DNA of 51,675 nt, filler included, from Catajapyx aquilonaris (taxonomy: Eukaryota): NCBI GenBank assembly GCA_000934665.2. It is 2 parts of 2 records of this genome, joined end to end, with 100 filler letters (N's around TTAATTAATTAA, not from the genome) between each part and the next. Parts side by side here need not be neighbours in the genome. Positions count along the whole stretch, not along the records: positions 25,924 to 51,675 come from JYFJ02005308.1; 1 more part is not named here. The stretch is one strand, 5' to 3'. This document shows positions 37,203-49,000 of this stretch, piece by piece (positions within the stretch are counted from its first letter, which is position 1; each line of letters opens with the position of its first letter). The notes under the pieces were generated by a model. That model made no database searches, was not told the origin of the DNA, and worked only from the letters and a program-made list of their open reading frames with translations. A program made the translations under genes and the position numbers.

Positions 37203-37786
37203 CAGTAAAACTTCTATAAGTCGAATCTCCATGGGACCGGATAAAAACTTCGAGTTATAGAAGATTCGAGTTAGAGAAGTTTGGAATTTTTTAAGCACAT
37301 AACTCTATAAGGAAGCGCCTACCTTTATATCCAGCGACGAAAGGTTTTCAAAACTTAAAAATAACTATCACTATCACTCTTACAATGTTCCTCGTTGTTT
37401 TGTTGTAAAAAAATCTCTGTTGTGGACATTTGTCTACTCTTAAATTCAAGGATTCATTTGTCACAATCGAGTCAAACACTTCTTTCGGTATGTCTGGTGG
37501 ACGGAGATCAGGAAATTGAGCCTGTCTGTACATGTGGCCTACTCTCGACCCTTCGGCTGGGAAATGAAAAAAATTTCTGTACTCGCCAACATGAACTTCG
37601 ACTTAGGGAGACTGAAAATGCATTGATATCCCATTGTAAGGCCCTGCCTGCACTTCGAGTTATAGAAATTCGAGTTAGGGGAGTTTATTTCCTATTCTTT
37701 GACATTGTGACCAACCAAGCTCGTCATTTTCTTCGACTTATAGAGAACTTCGACTTAGGGAAGTTCAACTTATAGAAGTTTTACTG
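37203..37786. mobile_element. pogo/Tigger-type MITE
   Basis: TA|cagtaaaacttctataagtcgaa ... ttcaacttatagaagttttactg|TA, with many internal ttcga(g/c)tta repeats. Confidence 0.9.
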
Positions 37787-38651
37787 TATTATTGTTCATA
37801 GGGCTGAACATTATTGACCTGTAAGTGCTAGTGAAAATGGGTATGCTCTCACTTAATTTTTGGGCAATTTTAAAAGGCACATTCTACATAAATTCTGTAT
37901 TACTGTGACAAGGTGACTGGCTCAGTCCCTTTTGGGCACTAATTGAGTACCCTCCCTTGCCTGTATCACTGATTTTAGGTTAGGGAAATTCTAGGTTGAT
38001 TCACAGTTTGTGTGATTTTTATAGTGTATTGTGAAGCAGCATAAAAATTAATCAAATGCTATTATTCCAATGCATGATTAGTTAAATTTGTGCAAGCCAG
38101 GATCAAACATTTTAGAACACCATCACAAGCAACTTGAATAAGAGAAAAAGCAAAGACTTTTTAAAAATTGCAATTGGACTTGATGACCAACTAAACTTTT
38201 TCCAAATTGGTCAAGTTGCTGTTTTTCTAAGAGTGTGTTGCATCTTCTCATGAGCCTCAATGTACAGTGGCATATACTACAGTAGTAAGCATCAGAAAAT
38301 ATTATTTGTTATTACCCTGCACTGCAATATAAAAAATATTCATATTTATTCAATTCAGTGTCATTATCTACTTGGTAGCAACAACACATCTTCAAAGGAT
38401 AGTTGGCACTCTACATGTATTAGGTATCATTAGTATACTACAATAAATTAAGCTAGTAAGGCTGAACCAGAATATCAGCAAGGGAACCAGCCAGTCGACC
38501 AGATAGGGCAATGGAATTCAGTTAGGCCAATGAAATGTCCTGAGGGCGAAAATATAGGAATAACCAAGAAAATGTATGAGAATGACAAATGGGAAGGTCT
38601 TTGTAAATACAGATCCAGGAAAGTAATAGGTCCTTACAATAATATATTGTA

Positions 38652-39315
38652 CAGGGTGTTTCAGTAGGAAGTCCCACTTTTTAACTAGGTTTGCAATCTA
38701 CTTAATGAATAAACAGTAACAAAACTATATGTAAATGAGCACGTAAGAATGGGAAAATAACTAACACCAATTGTTGAAAGTAGGCACATTTGTCTATGTT
38801 TCACCATGTTTTCTGATACATGCTTCAACATACCTGTGTCAGCATTTTTTATTTCCATTGTGATGTTTGCCCGAAGATTCTGATAGGTTGGTGGTTTGTT
38901 TTTTTAGACAGGCTTCTTTAAATAGCCCTATACTGAGTCAATTACTCTCATCAACTGGGTTATCTCGAAAACCTGTGACTCCCCCAGATTGCCAGACTTA
39001 ACATCACCAGATCACTTGTGGGGCTATTTAAAGGAGTTTGTCTACAAACAACAAACCATGAACCATTCAGGATTAGGGCAAACATCGTGACCGAAATGAA
39101 AATATTGACACAGGTATGTTCAGGCGTGTATCAGAAAACATGCTGAAATGTGCACAAATGTGTCTGGAAGAGGAGGGTGGACACTTGCAGCATTTAATGT
39201 AATGGTAAGTTATTCTCCCATTCCTACACTTTCATATGCATATAGTTAAGTCAGTCTTTATTTATTAAGTCAATTGCACACCATGTGAAGTAGGACTTCA
39301 AGCTGAAACACTGTG
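38652..39315. mobile_element. old Tc1/mariner fold-back element with two transposase 3' ends (different family from 1884-2609)
   Basis: TA|cagggtgtttcag ... ctgaaacactgtg|TA. The plus strand at ~38960-39202 is a degenerate PRLPDLTSPD.LWGYLKEFVYK...IDTGMFRRVSENMLKCAQMCLEEEGGHLQHLM*. An inverted copy of the same region is at ~38780-38930. Confidence 0.85.
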
Positions 39316-39479
39316 TATGTCATGGTGAGACAAAGCTTATTTTCAAGAAGTGTAAGGACTACTTATCTTGATTCTGCAAAAGTGATTGACCAGTTATGCT
39401 CAAGGAATTATGTTGATAAAGGAAGTGTGCAAGAATAGGTTTTGTCATGTTCCACAATAATTTTCAGTGGAGGTTGTGT

Positions 39480-39808
39480 GGGGAGGCACAGTGGCACAGT
39501 GGTTACACTCATGCCCACAGATAGAAAGGTCCCTGGTTCAATCCCAAGCCTGGGTTTTCCCTTTCTCATCTCATGTGGAGGTTTGTTATCTCTGGCTTTG
39601 CCTCAGGTGGATCTCCACTAGACTAACCACCCAGGGGACTGCACAACACTACATTACACTCACACCTGTACCTGCACATCTCTCGCTCGCAGTACCCTGG
39701 CATTACGGAAAAGGACCCTGCTTGTACACCATAAATCAAATAAAAATATTGTGCCAGATGCCCAATATGGGTGGCGCACTAACCCAATTATTTAAAAATA
39801 TATAATAT
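39480..39808 (+). mobile_element. tRNA-derived SINE, older; S3-like head and body with a different 3' tail
   Basis: A-box tggcacagtgg, B-box ggttcaatccc. Body atctctggctt..ggtgg..tagactaa.ccaccc.gggga is shared with the 32747 copy. Tail tgccagatgcccaatatgggtggcgcactaaccc; no clear TSD. Confidence 0.75.
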
Positions 39809-42800
39809 AGTCACATTTAATGCAATGGCGAGTGTTCTTTAGTGGTTGCATTGTGATATCTCTTCAAATGAGCTATTACCAAGGATTTAACCACAAATTA
39901 TTTTCACAACTGAAGCTATAGATGCAAAAAAAAAAAAAGTTCCGTTTCACTTTTCCTTTTGAAATTATTTGCTACAACTTCCATCAACATTATTGGGAAA
40001 CATGGCAAAAACCTGTCCTTGGACATGTCCTTGAGCAGATCAATGATGGTTAGATATGATCAGTTCTAAGTTATGGTGGTAGCATTATCATTACTGGTCC
40101 TGTAACTTTGCAAATTACTAGTGCATTATTAAGTTGCTCTCCCAATCAAGTTGGGATCACATTTTTTCACACAAAATTTCACATGTGCCTACAATTGGTT
40201 GCGCCATTTGAATGCCCTAGATAATAACTGGAAGCATCTAAAAAGCTATTCATCGAAGAGGGATGTACAAATAATGTAATGCACTTAGATATTGCATATC
40301 TCATTTCTACTGGCCCTGCAGGTTTCAAGTACCTCCTAGGAGGCTAGTCATATTGTTACCGTAGAAAATGGGAACAATACTCTAGAATATTGCTAGCCAG
40401 GAGCTGGAAAGATTTACTAGTTCACAATGTGGTTATTCAAAAGATAGCTGGTAGCATACTAAACTGATTGAAAATGAAAGATTGCAGGACCCTGTCAAGA
40501 TGGGGGATCACCTCCTGAATGCATGCGTGTGCACTTGGGAATGATATGCATTTGGCAAGCAAAGACTTGCAGGCCCTCTAAAACATGAACTACAAGTGGT
40601 CCATAAATGCTTCTTGCTCTTCTTATTCTTTTTAAATCCCTTGTTTCATGCTTTCTTCTTACTTTAAAAGCATGCCAGACAGACTGTTTATTACAACTTA
40701 ATGTTTTAAAAGCACAGGCAATTGGGGGTTGGCACTGGATCAAGGCAACACTGCACTGGAGTAATTCCCAAAACCAAGTATGGGAAGACTTGCTGTCTCT
40801 TTACCCTTTCTCTCGTCTCACAGACCACACACATTTGCATTATATAGAGCACAGGACAGGTTAAGCTTGAGAGCAGGATCAAACATTTGCCACATCTTAC
40901 TTGTTGTTAACTGTGTGTAGGGAAGACAAGCTCTTGTCACATATCATAGTATCTGGGACTCCTACTTGTTTTGTTGTAACAAGTTTTTAGCAGCTTCATT
41001 TCACGAACCTATTGTCTGCAAACAGCATAGCCAGGCAAGGTATTGAGTAAAGAATTGAAGTAATAATATATATTGTTGCTATCTGCAGGAGGACTTGTGT
41101 GTGACTTTGTACCTGCAAATCTTTGGGTGCCAGGGACCAATATATTGGAAATCGTGCATGCGACACCACTGGGCACTCACTGTCTGCACGTGACTCTGCT
41201 TCAGTTGTTGCATAGGATACTAATCAGAAAATGCAAGCTTTTGTCAGTGTGCCAACATATCATGTAAACCTGCCCATGCTCAAAATTGAGGGAAATTTCA
41301 TATCTTGGAATCATAGAAGCCTTGCATGAATGGCGGTACCTTTTCATTCTGGTCCAACTTTATGTATACCCAACTTTTCATCATTGTCAACTTGTAAAAA
41401 GGACTGTTTGCTGCATCTTTACGTAGCATTGCCTGACTACAGAACATTATTGGAATATGTACAGACTGATCTACACCTCTCTGCACACTTTTTTGTGGCC
41501 ATAGGATAAGAGACGACATTCCTTGTGCCAACAACTTCTTCCTTAACATTTGAAATAAATGCTGCCAACAATACATGCAACTGCAAGACAATTTGTATGT
41601 AGACTCTTCTTGACAAGGGAATATTTTATCGTTATTTTTAAAACCACTTATTATAACACCCATTTTTTAGGGTAAGTGTTTGAAATAAATTGAACTAAAA
41701 ACTGAACTAAACTATATAAAAAAAGATGTGACCTCTTCAAAGTTATTAAAAGGTGGGCACGTGGTGCTATGCTGAGGCTGGCTCTTTATTGTTTGGCAAT
41801 TTCATCCAAGTCAACAAAGGTGTGAACAACTTCTTGGCAGCGAGCATTACAAATCCTCCTCGCAGATAGTCATGAAGAATGTTACTCTTTGGTAACAAGG
41901 TTTACATGTTTAAGTGTGTTTATGTGGGCATGTAGTCTCACATCTGGTTTTTGTGGTAATGAGGCAAAGAAGACTGTAGAAATTAAACTCTCTTCCAAAC
42001 TGTTGCTTTACATGCTGTATGTAAGCAAACTAGTTTTGTGTGTTTTAATAGCATCTGTATTTTTGAAGGATGGTGCACGCCAGTCTGGCCATTTGATAGG
42101 TACACATATTTATTAACGTATGCCTTGAAGGGTTGTTGCTCAGATTAGCGTCACAACCTTCACTGTGCCATTCAAGATTTTGGAGATATTACCATAGAAT
42201 GAGTGAGAATATGAGCACATGACTAGGTAATAGATGTGTTTGGAAATGTTCTTTTAAACAGGCATTGGTAGACCGCATATCAATTCCATAAATGTTGAGT
42301 AATTTTACACATCAAGTCACTGTTATTGTCAAAACAGTTTACGAGTAATGTAGCAGCATTAAAAAGTACAGAGTTGCCTGTGTGAATGGTTGAAAGTGAA
42401 CATTTGCACTACTTCAAGTATGTGTTTTTGTGAGAATGACAATACGATTTTCGCGTACTGTTGTATCCTTCGAAGAAAACTTTTCTAAGAAGTTGTGTGA
42501 TGGCATCGAAACATCTGATGAGTGATCGTGGTTTTGTCAGTAAGCAAAATTGTGCCTGAATTTATCTACAGAATTTGCTTACACACGGTCGAGCTACATT
42601 CTGCATGCTTTGAGACTTGCAAACTGCAGCTACTAACTTGTAACACAGGGTGGAATGATTGAATTCCCATGGCAAGTTTCTTTGCAAAAAAGAAATTTCA
42701 ATCATATCTCTTAAAGAATTATTACAAGCAGGAGCCTTACCCTAAGTGTTATTACTGCAGTCAATCAGTGGCTCATAACTTGGATGTTGCCAATATGAAG

Positions 42801-44040
42801 ACATTGTGCATCTCTTTATATGCACCATATCAAATTTGTGTAGTAGTATTTAACAATCATGTGCCAAAAAGTGAAGCAATGGCCAATAGTGAGACCTAGT
42901 GCTTTCATATTAGGAAGTACCTTAAAATGTGCAGCAAATAGTCAAGCTACCGACACATGGTCTTCCAACCTTTCTGTTTGAATGCACCATATTTGTGCAA
43001 CTTTCCTGATTTTGGATAGGGTTGCATATGTGAATGTTGTTGTCCCTGTGGCTTTTATTCCTGCTAATCCTGAGACATTCACTCATGTACCTTTCTTTGA
43101 ATGCACCATCTTGTTACTCAACCCACTGCACCTTTTTAGCATTATAAAAATATCAGTCAAGTCATTTGTGCCAACTCACAAGTCACTGGGTTGCTCAAGG
43201 TGGCAAAACTGGAGCCAAGCGGGAGGACAGGAAAACAGTGGTATTGACTGTAAATGGATTTTGTCAACAGGCACACCCACTGTAGGTTATGTTTCGGTCT
43301 TTTCTCGTAAATGGTTATGTCTGTTCATGTAACATATAGGAATCAATAAATATGGCAAAGAACTGCCAGCCCAGTATATACATCAAGTCATTTATCTGAT
43401 GCCAAGACAACTTTTGTTTGAAGATATGACTCTCCATGCCTGTGCAGGCTTTGTTTATTCTTGTGGGGAGGACTGAACAACAAGCCAACTCCACGTTTGT
43501 AGTAGGGAAGGCCACAGTACCTTACAAGGTTGTCATGCAAACTCTTCTGCAATGATACTTGGATTAGATGCTTACCAGTGAATGCTGATGGGCCACACTG
43601 GAAAGCTGTGATTATTTCAATCCAGTTGTCGGCTCTGTTGACTTAGCATGTGGTCTCTACCATCTCATAACAGACTCATCCCAAATTCTTCTCCTTCAGT
43701 ACTGTATGTGCATGTTTTAACTTGACAAATGGTTTGCAAGCTATCAAGAGTTGGCAGTTGTGACCCATAGTTTTCTCAGCGACATTCCTAAAATATTACT
43801 GGTAGAGGTTTGCTTTTATATCACAGTCAAGTTCTTATTCTGTCAACCTCCACCTACTTGATTATTCAAAAGATGTGTTCTACTGCCATATACAATGGGG
43901 AAATTTGGTTTTTATTTTTTTAAATCAGTATTTCTGGGATTGGGGGGTGGGAGTTTTTTTTATGTGTTTCCATTTTATTGATAATGATTTCCTGCCATGT
44001 CTTCAGATGCATAATTCTCATTCTTTTTTTGTCTTTATAG

Positions 44041-44125
44041 GATATCAATGGAGACAGCAAGCTTGGGAATACCAGGATATCACTATATCACCCCAAGTCA
44101 CATAGTCAAAGCTCCTATTCATTAA
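44041..44125 (+). CDS. mub: mub/PCBP distal alternative last coding exon (short C-terminus)
   Basis: ttctttttttgtctttatag|. Phase 2 joins as INM-R-ISMETASLGIPGYHYITPSHIVKAPIH* (TAA 44123-44125), closely resembling the Drosophila mub end RISMETAGLPIPGYHYIAPSAIVKTPIH as I recall it. Not in the ORF track in this frame. Confidence 0.92.
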
Positions 44126-45675
44126 GTAAGCAATACTTTCACAACTCTTATACATCATCTTCCACAAACTGTTACAAGAGTTAAAAATTACTTTGACAAG
44201 CCAGTTGCTAGCGGTAGCCCAAAAGGTGCCGGTACAGCCTGTAGGACCCTCAAATTGACGATGTGAGATACTGATAAGGGATCAAGCAATCAAGCTGCAA
44301 AGAGATTGAGACAAAAGGGATCAAGATGTTTACTAATTTTGTACTTTTTATCACTTTTGCATTGATGCATTGTATGTACATGCAGTACTTCCCATGTGGA
44401 CGCTTCTTATCCCATCTTGAACCCTGTGGTTTTGGTCCTGCCCATTTTTTCCTGAAAAGTAACCCAATTTATTGTTTCCATTAGTAGGCACTGGTTTAAT
44501 TTTTTTGGTTTCTTTCATTGGTCCTGTGCCTCCTGGGAAAACAAAAAAGAAAACCATATGAACCACATGCCAGCTGGTTACCCGAACAGTATATTCCTTC
44601 AGCATGACTTGTAGACCGTAAGGGTTGCCTCTAGCAGCTCATGCCACTTGGGCATTTGGTTTTTCTCAGAGTGCTTTGTTATCTAGTCTCTTTTTATTTA
44701 TTGTCTCATTTTACTAAGTAGGTGCATTGTAAACTAGGCGACATTGTTCTGGGACACATGTAGTTCAGCTTGCAGGCAGTTTGACATATCTACAGGTTTC
44801 CTTTCAGTTGAAGTTTCACTTGTATATATAACATGCATGCAAGAATATTAGGAATCTGGGGGCCATAAATTACAACATTATAATATGGGATTGTGGAGTA
44901 TGTTGGGTAGATCCTTGGTGCTGCAGTTTGCCAAGTCACCCATATTTCTGCTTCTAGGGGCATTTTCTATGTTGCTAGTAGTGTGCTGACTACATATCAA
45001 GCACCAGTTATATAGCTTTGAACAATCATTCTGCCCAAAATTAGCGTAATGGCAAAAGTTGTATTGCACTGCTACAGGAAGTGGCACAGTTGGCTGAGGC
45101 ATACAGACTACATGTCTTGCACTGTCACAGGAATGCTTTGTATGTAGTTTTCTAGGGGTGGGTGGGGATAGGGCTATATGCTGTGAATCATGGAATATAT
45201 CTGCAGTTCAAACCCAAGTGGGTGGTTAAGAAACAGTATCAGTTCATGTATAAGAATTACTGGATGTCGGAAGGAATTCTTTAGAGGCTGCACTCTCACA
45301 GAGACACAAGTTGCAGATGTCTATGGCCAAGTATGGCAATCACTTGAATGACTTGATAAGAAACAGTGATGCTCCATTTGTCTGTGGTGTTCTTGCCAGG
45401 ATGCTCAGACAGAGAATAAATATGCCTGTATACCAGTTGGTAGTGCACATGCTCTGTGGTGCTGCCAATGTGAGAGCCATGCAATTTACATATTCATACA
45501 ATGAGTACCTGTAAGTTGACCCAGATGGGCCACAGTATTTCCATCATATCTCTCCCCTGCGCATAACATTGTGCAGTTGCTGTAGTAGGACACCCTTGAT
45601 TTGTAAGGGCTTTGTGTCTACTCAATTATTCATGATCTTTATTCTACTGCATTATAGTAGAGGCCTTGGGTGATA

Positions 45676-46026
45676 TGGAGGTATGGAAATTTAACGTATC
45701 GTCACTTTGCGGGATGGTAGAGGGGTTCTAGGTGATCATTTTAATTGTAGATATCATGGGTCTCTGCCACCTAGTTACAGAAATAAGCTAATTATCATTA
45801 CATAAAGAGTGCATTGTACTGGCTCCTACGTCACAGATACATCCTACAATACTTCCATCGTCTAGGCTTGGCACGCCTAATGGGATTGTACCTTAAATTG
45901 AAATGAAAAAAGGAACGTTGCATGGAGGGACACATACGTGCCAGGATGACATGTATACTTAAAATGATCGCCTAGAACCCCTCTACCATCCTCCAAAGTG
46001 ACAATACATTAACTTTCCTTGCCCTG
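45676..46026. mobile_element. Tc1/mariner-type MITE family A, second (CpG-decayed) copy in opposite orientation
   Basis: Arms ggtagaggggttctaggtgatcatttt / aaaatgatcgcctagaacccctctacc, ending ccctg|TA. Internal aaatgaaaaaagg...tggagggacacatacgtgccaggat is the imperfect reverse complement of 697-744. Confidence 0.8.
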
Positions 46027-49000
46027 TATAATAAGAAATCACAGGAGAAGGTTTGTGGCAACATATTATGATGATACCTTCACTGGCAGCCACTGTGATT
46101 ATTCTCAGATTGTCAACTCCAAACTTTGGCTTGGAACATTTGCTCCAAGGATGTACACTGAAGTGTCACCTCCCATGAAGATGGAGGAGGTCAATAAGTT
46201 CTGGGTATGACGACAGATTGGAGTGAAAGTGTAATTTATGGCCAACCCCTATCATGTGTGGGTGTAGCTTGGCAAGAATGGCTTTGGAAATGCAGGAACA
46301 GGCAACCTACCCCTATCTAGCCTAATTTCCCTCCTTTCCCAATTTGAGGTCTTTTTTGTAGTAGTAATTATTGTGATAACTAGTCGTTATGCTCCAGTTA
46401 GGTTTTTGGATTTCAGAATTTGTAAAGCAATAACTGTTAAATTTTAATGAGCTTTGTAACATGACAGGGGCCTTACTTTTTTGAAGAGAAATAAATCAAA
46501 TATGTTGGGCCTGTGTCGACCAAGCTCAGCAGACAGCAGATTTTAGAAGTTGATCAGGCGGTGTATGCTTAAAGTGCTTTCTGCCTGCAGTAACGTGCAC
46601 TTTTTCCCTTCGTGCTGGGAATGTTGACAAATTCCTCAACTCTTTGCATCTGCCTTGGGGTTGTCAGAACAGTTGGCTTGGCATTTGGTGGGTTGGGCAA
46701 CACCAACATTCTCTTCCTTTGCACACACTTGTCTGTAGTGCTTTAATTGCACATGGTGATTCCAAGCAAGGTGTATAACTCTGGATGTCACCTAGAACAT
46801 GAAGTAACCATACCTTAATGTGCATTTGACTACTCCCAGTGATGGTGTTCATCTATTGCATTGATTCTACAGCTCCTTTTGCTAGAGTACCATCATTGTT
46901 GAACATGATGTCTTTGGAGATACCATCAGAAATTGCCTTTGCCCGCAAAAAAATTATTTGGTAAAGCCATGCTTTAAAAACCACTGTTGTACTAATTATG
47001 AGTCAAGGACTGGACAAGGTGCGACAGGGGAGTGCTCAAGTGCAAGGTGTGGACAATGTTGACGCATAGCGAGTGGAGTTCCCGCAGATAAGTGTCACGT
47101 CAGACTGCCCTTGCCAGACGATTACCAGCAGCGTCTATTTTTGTGCGTGAAGCCATGGTGTCCTTCTGCAATGTGTCAGCCGTTTCCTTCGATCAAGTGA
47201 TTTTTTCTTTGCGTTAACGTACAGTCAGTGTTTTGTGGTTGGTTGATAGCCAAAAGCTAGTCATGTTTACAAGAAAGTACTTTGGCCCCTGTATCAATTA
47301 TTAGTCCCTTGTCACTATTGTGCCAATATTAGAACTTGGCCACATTTGTGTATTTGTGATGTTGGTAGATTCGTAACTAACAGTCTGCTGTTATGGTTGA
47401 TTTTGCACTACGAGCTTTTGCCCTCCATACTTGTCCTGAGTTTTGAGCTAGAACATTTGTTGTCCTACAGAAAATGGTGTGCCAAATATTTGCTCCAGTG
47501 CCTCCTGTCAATGCCAAAAATGGTGGTAGAGTTGGGAGGAGCATATTGTTGTTTCGATTTGTCAGTTTTCAAATGCTGTTGCAGACATGCTTTTCTACCG
47601 GTTGTTGGATTTAGTTCTATCTCACAATATACCTCTGTCACAGGAAGAGCTTCCATTGCTGCCAGTTTGTAAGATTCTCTCTCTCTCTCTTTTTTTAAAC
47701 AATAGAGCAAGGAATGAAGAAGTGCAGGTTTTTCCAACTACCGTAATGATGCTTCCCTGCCCAGGAGGCACTGACCACACATTCGCTGGAATCAGTACAA
47801 CAATTGCGCTCAGAGTACCATATAGGTCAATGTATTTCAACCAGAGGGCCCTCGTTGTCAAATGTATTGTAATCTTGTGATCACCCATGATCTTGAAATA
47901 CCAAAATGCTATTTTTTTAGTAAGTTCCATTTAAATGAACTATGAAGTCTAAAGTTATGGTCATTATGAGACACTCAAGGGATGGCAAATAAGAATGTGC
48001 TTGTCACATGTGAAGCAGACTTTCTAGTATGTGGAACTGATCGCATTCATGGGGCTATGTATACCTGCATTGACCTGGATTCAGTTTCATCTCCTCAGAT
48101 CCCTAGACCTGATCCTGAATATCTATGTAGCAATGCGTTTTGTATTGTACCATTCATAATTTGTATTCTAGGGGCTTGAGCGAGGTGCTCTTATCAGGTG
48201 TATAATATGAGCTGTCTTGTGGAGAAGAAGATTAGTTAGTGATTCACTTTGTTGTGTAACATTCAGTTCCCATGATTCTTTGCCCACCCCTCTGACTGTT
48301 TGCATTGAACAACGAGGGCCATTCTGATGAGCAAACTGTCCCCTCATTCACACTACCTGCCACGGTGGCTTGCGGTCAGGCAGCCAGCCAGCATGGGCAG
48401 GCTTAAATATAACCTCCTTCACTCAGCATACTGAAACGGACCAAACCTACAGATGTCTCCTTTTCCCCGTGTCACAAGTTGTGCCTGTTTGGGAGCAGTT
48501 TGCTTGGTCGAGAGTTGCACGAAATGATCCACAAAAAAATGTCTTTTTGTATTGGAGCTATAGTAGCTGTCGTAGATGAAACGAGCCTTTTATTAACAGG
48601 GTCAAATCTGATGTTATTAAGTAGTTGTAAGGAGACTGTGTCTTTCAAGATCATATCTTGAACAGTGTTGTTGTTTATTACTCATTCTTCTAGATTAATG
48701 CCTAAGCAAGCAGTGCCAATGCTCGTGTGCTAAGCCACTTTTCCACTGCAAAGTGTGCCGCTGTCGGTGCTGTTCCTGGGCGTCTCCTGTGGCATGGCCT
48801 CGGGAACAGTGCCACGTGTATTCCATAGCAGTGGAAACACTAGGGCTTAGTCTGAGGGGAGAGCCAGCTGGTAACGATATGCAAGTGACCCCAACCTGAG
48901 AGCAGTAGGTGATGTTCCCCACCCTTTCATGTCCATGTTGGGGTAGCTGGCCTACTTCACAGGCTGGCTGTGGAAGGGGGGTTGGTATTTTCAATTTACT

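Noticed and set aside
37203..37786. Iterated TTCGA(G/C)TTA motifs as a CRISPR-like array
   Set aside because: The repeats are ~9-12 bp, irregularly spaced and inside TA-flanked TIRs, typical of pogo/Tigger MITE subterminal repeats.
40400..43600. Possible ancient transposase or retroelement relics
   Set aside because: Codon-like texture in places, but no motif I can identify and stops in all frames.
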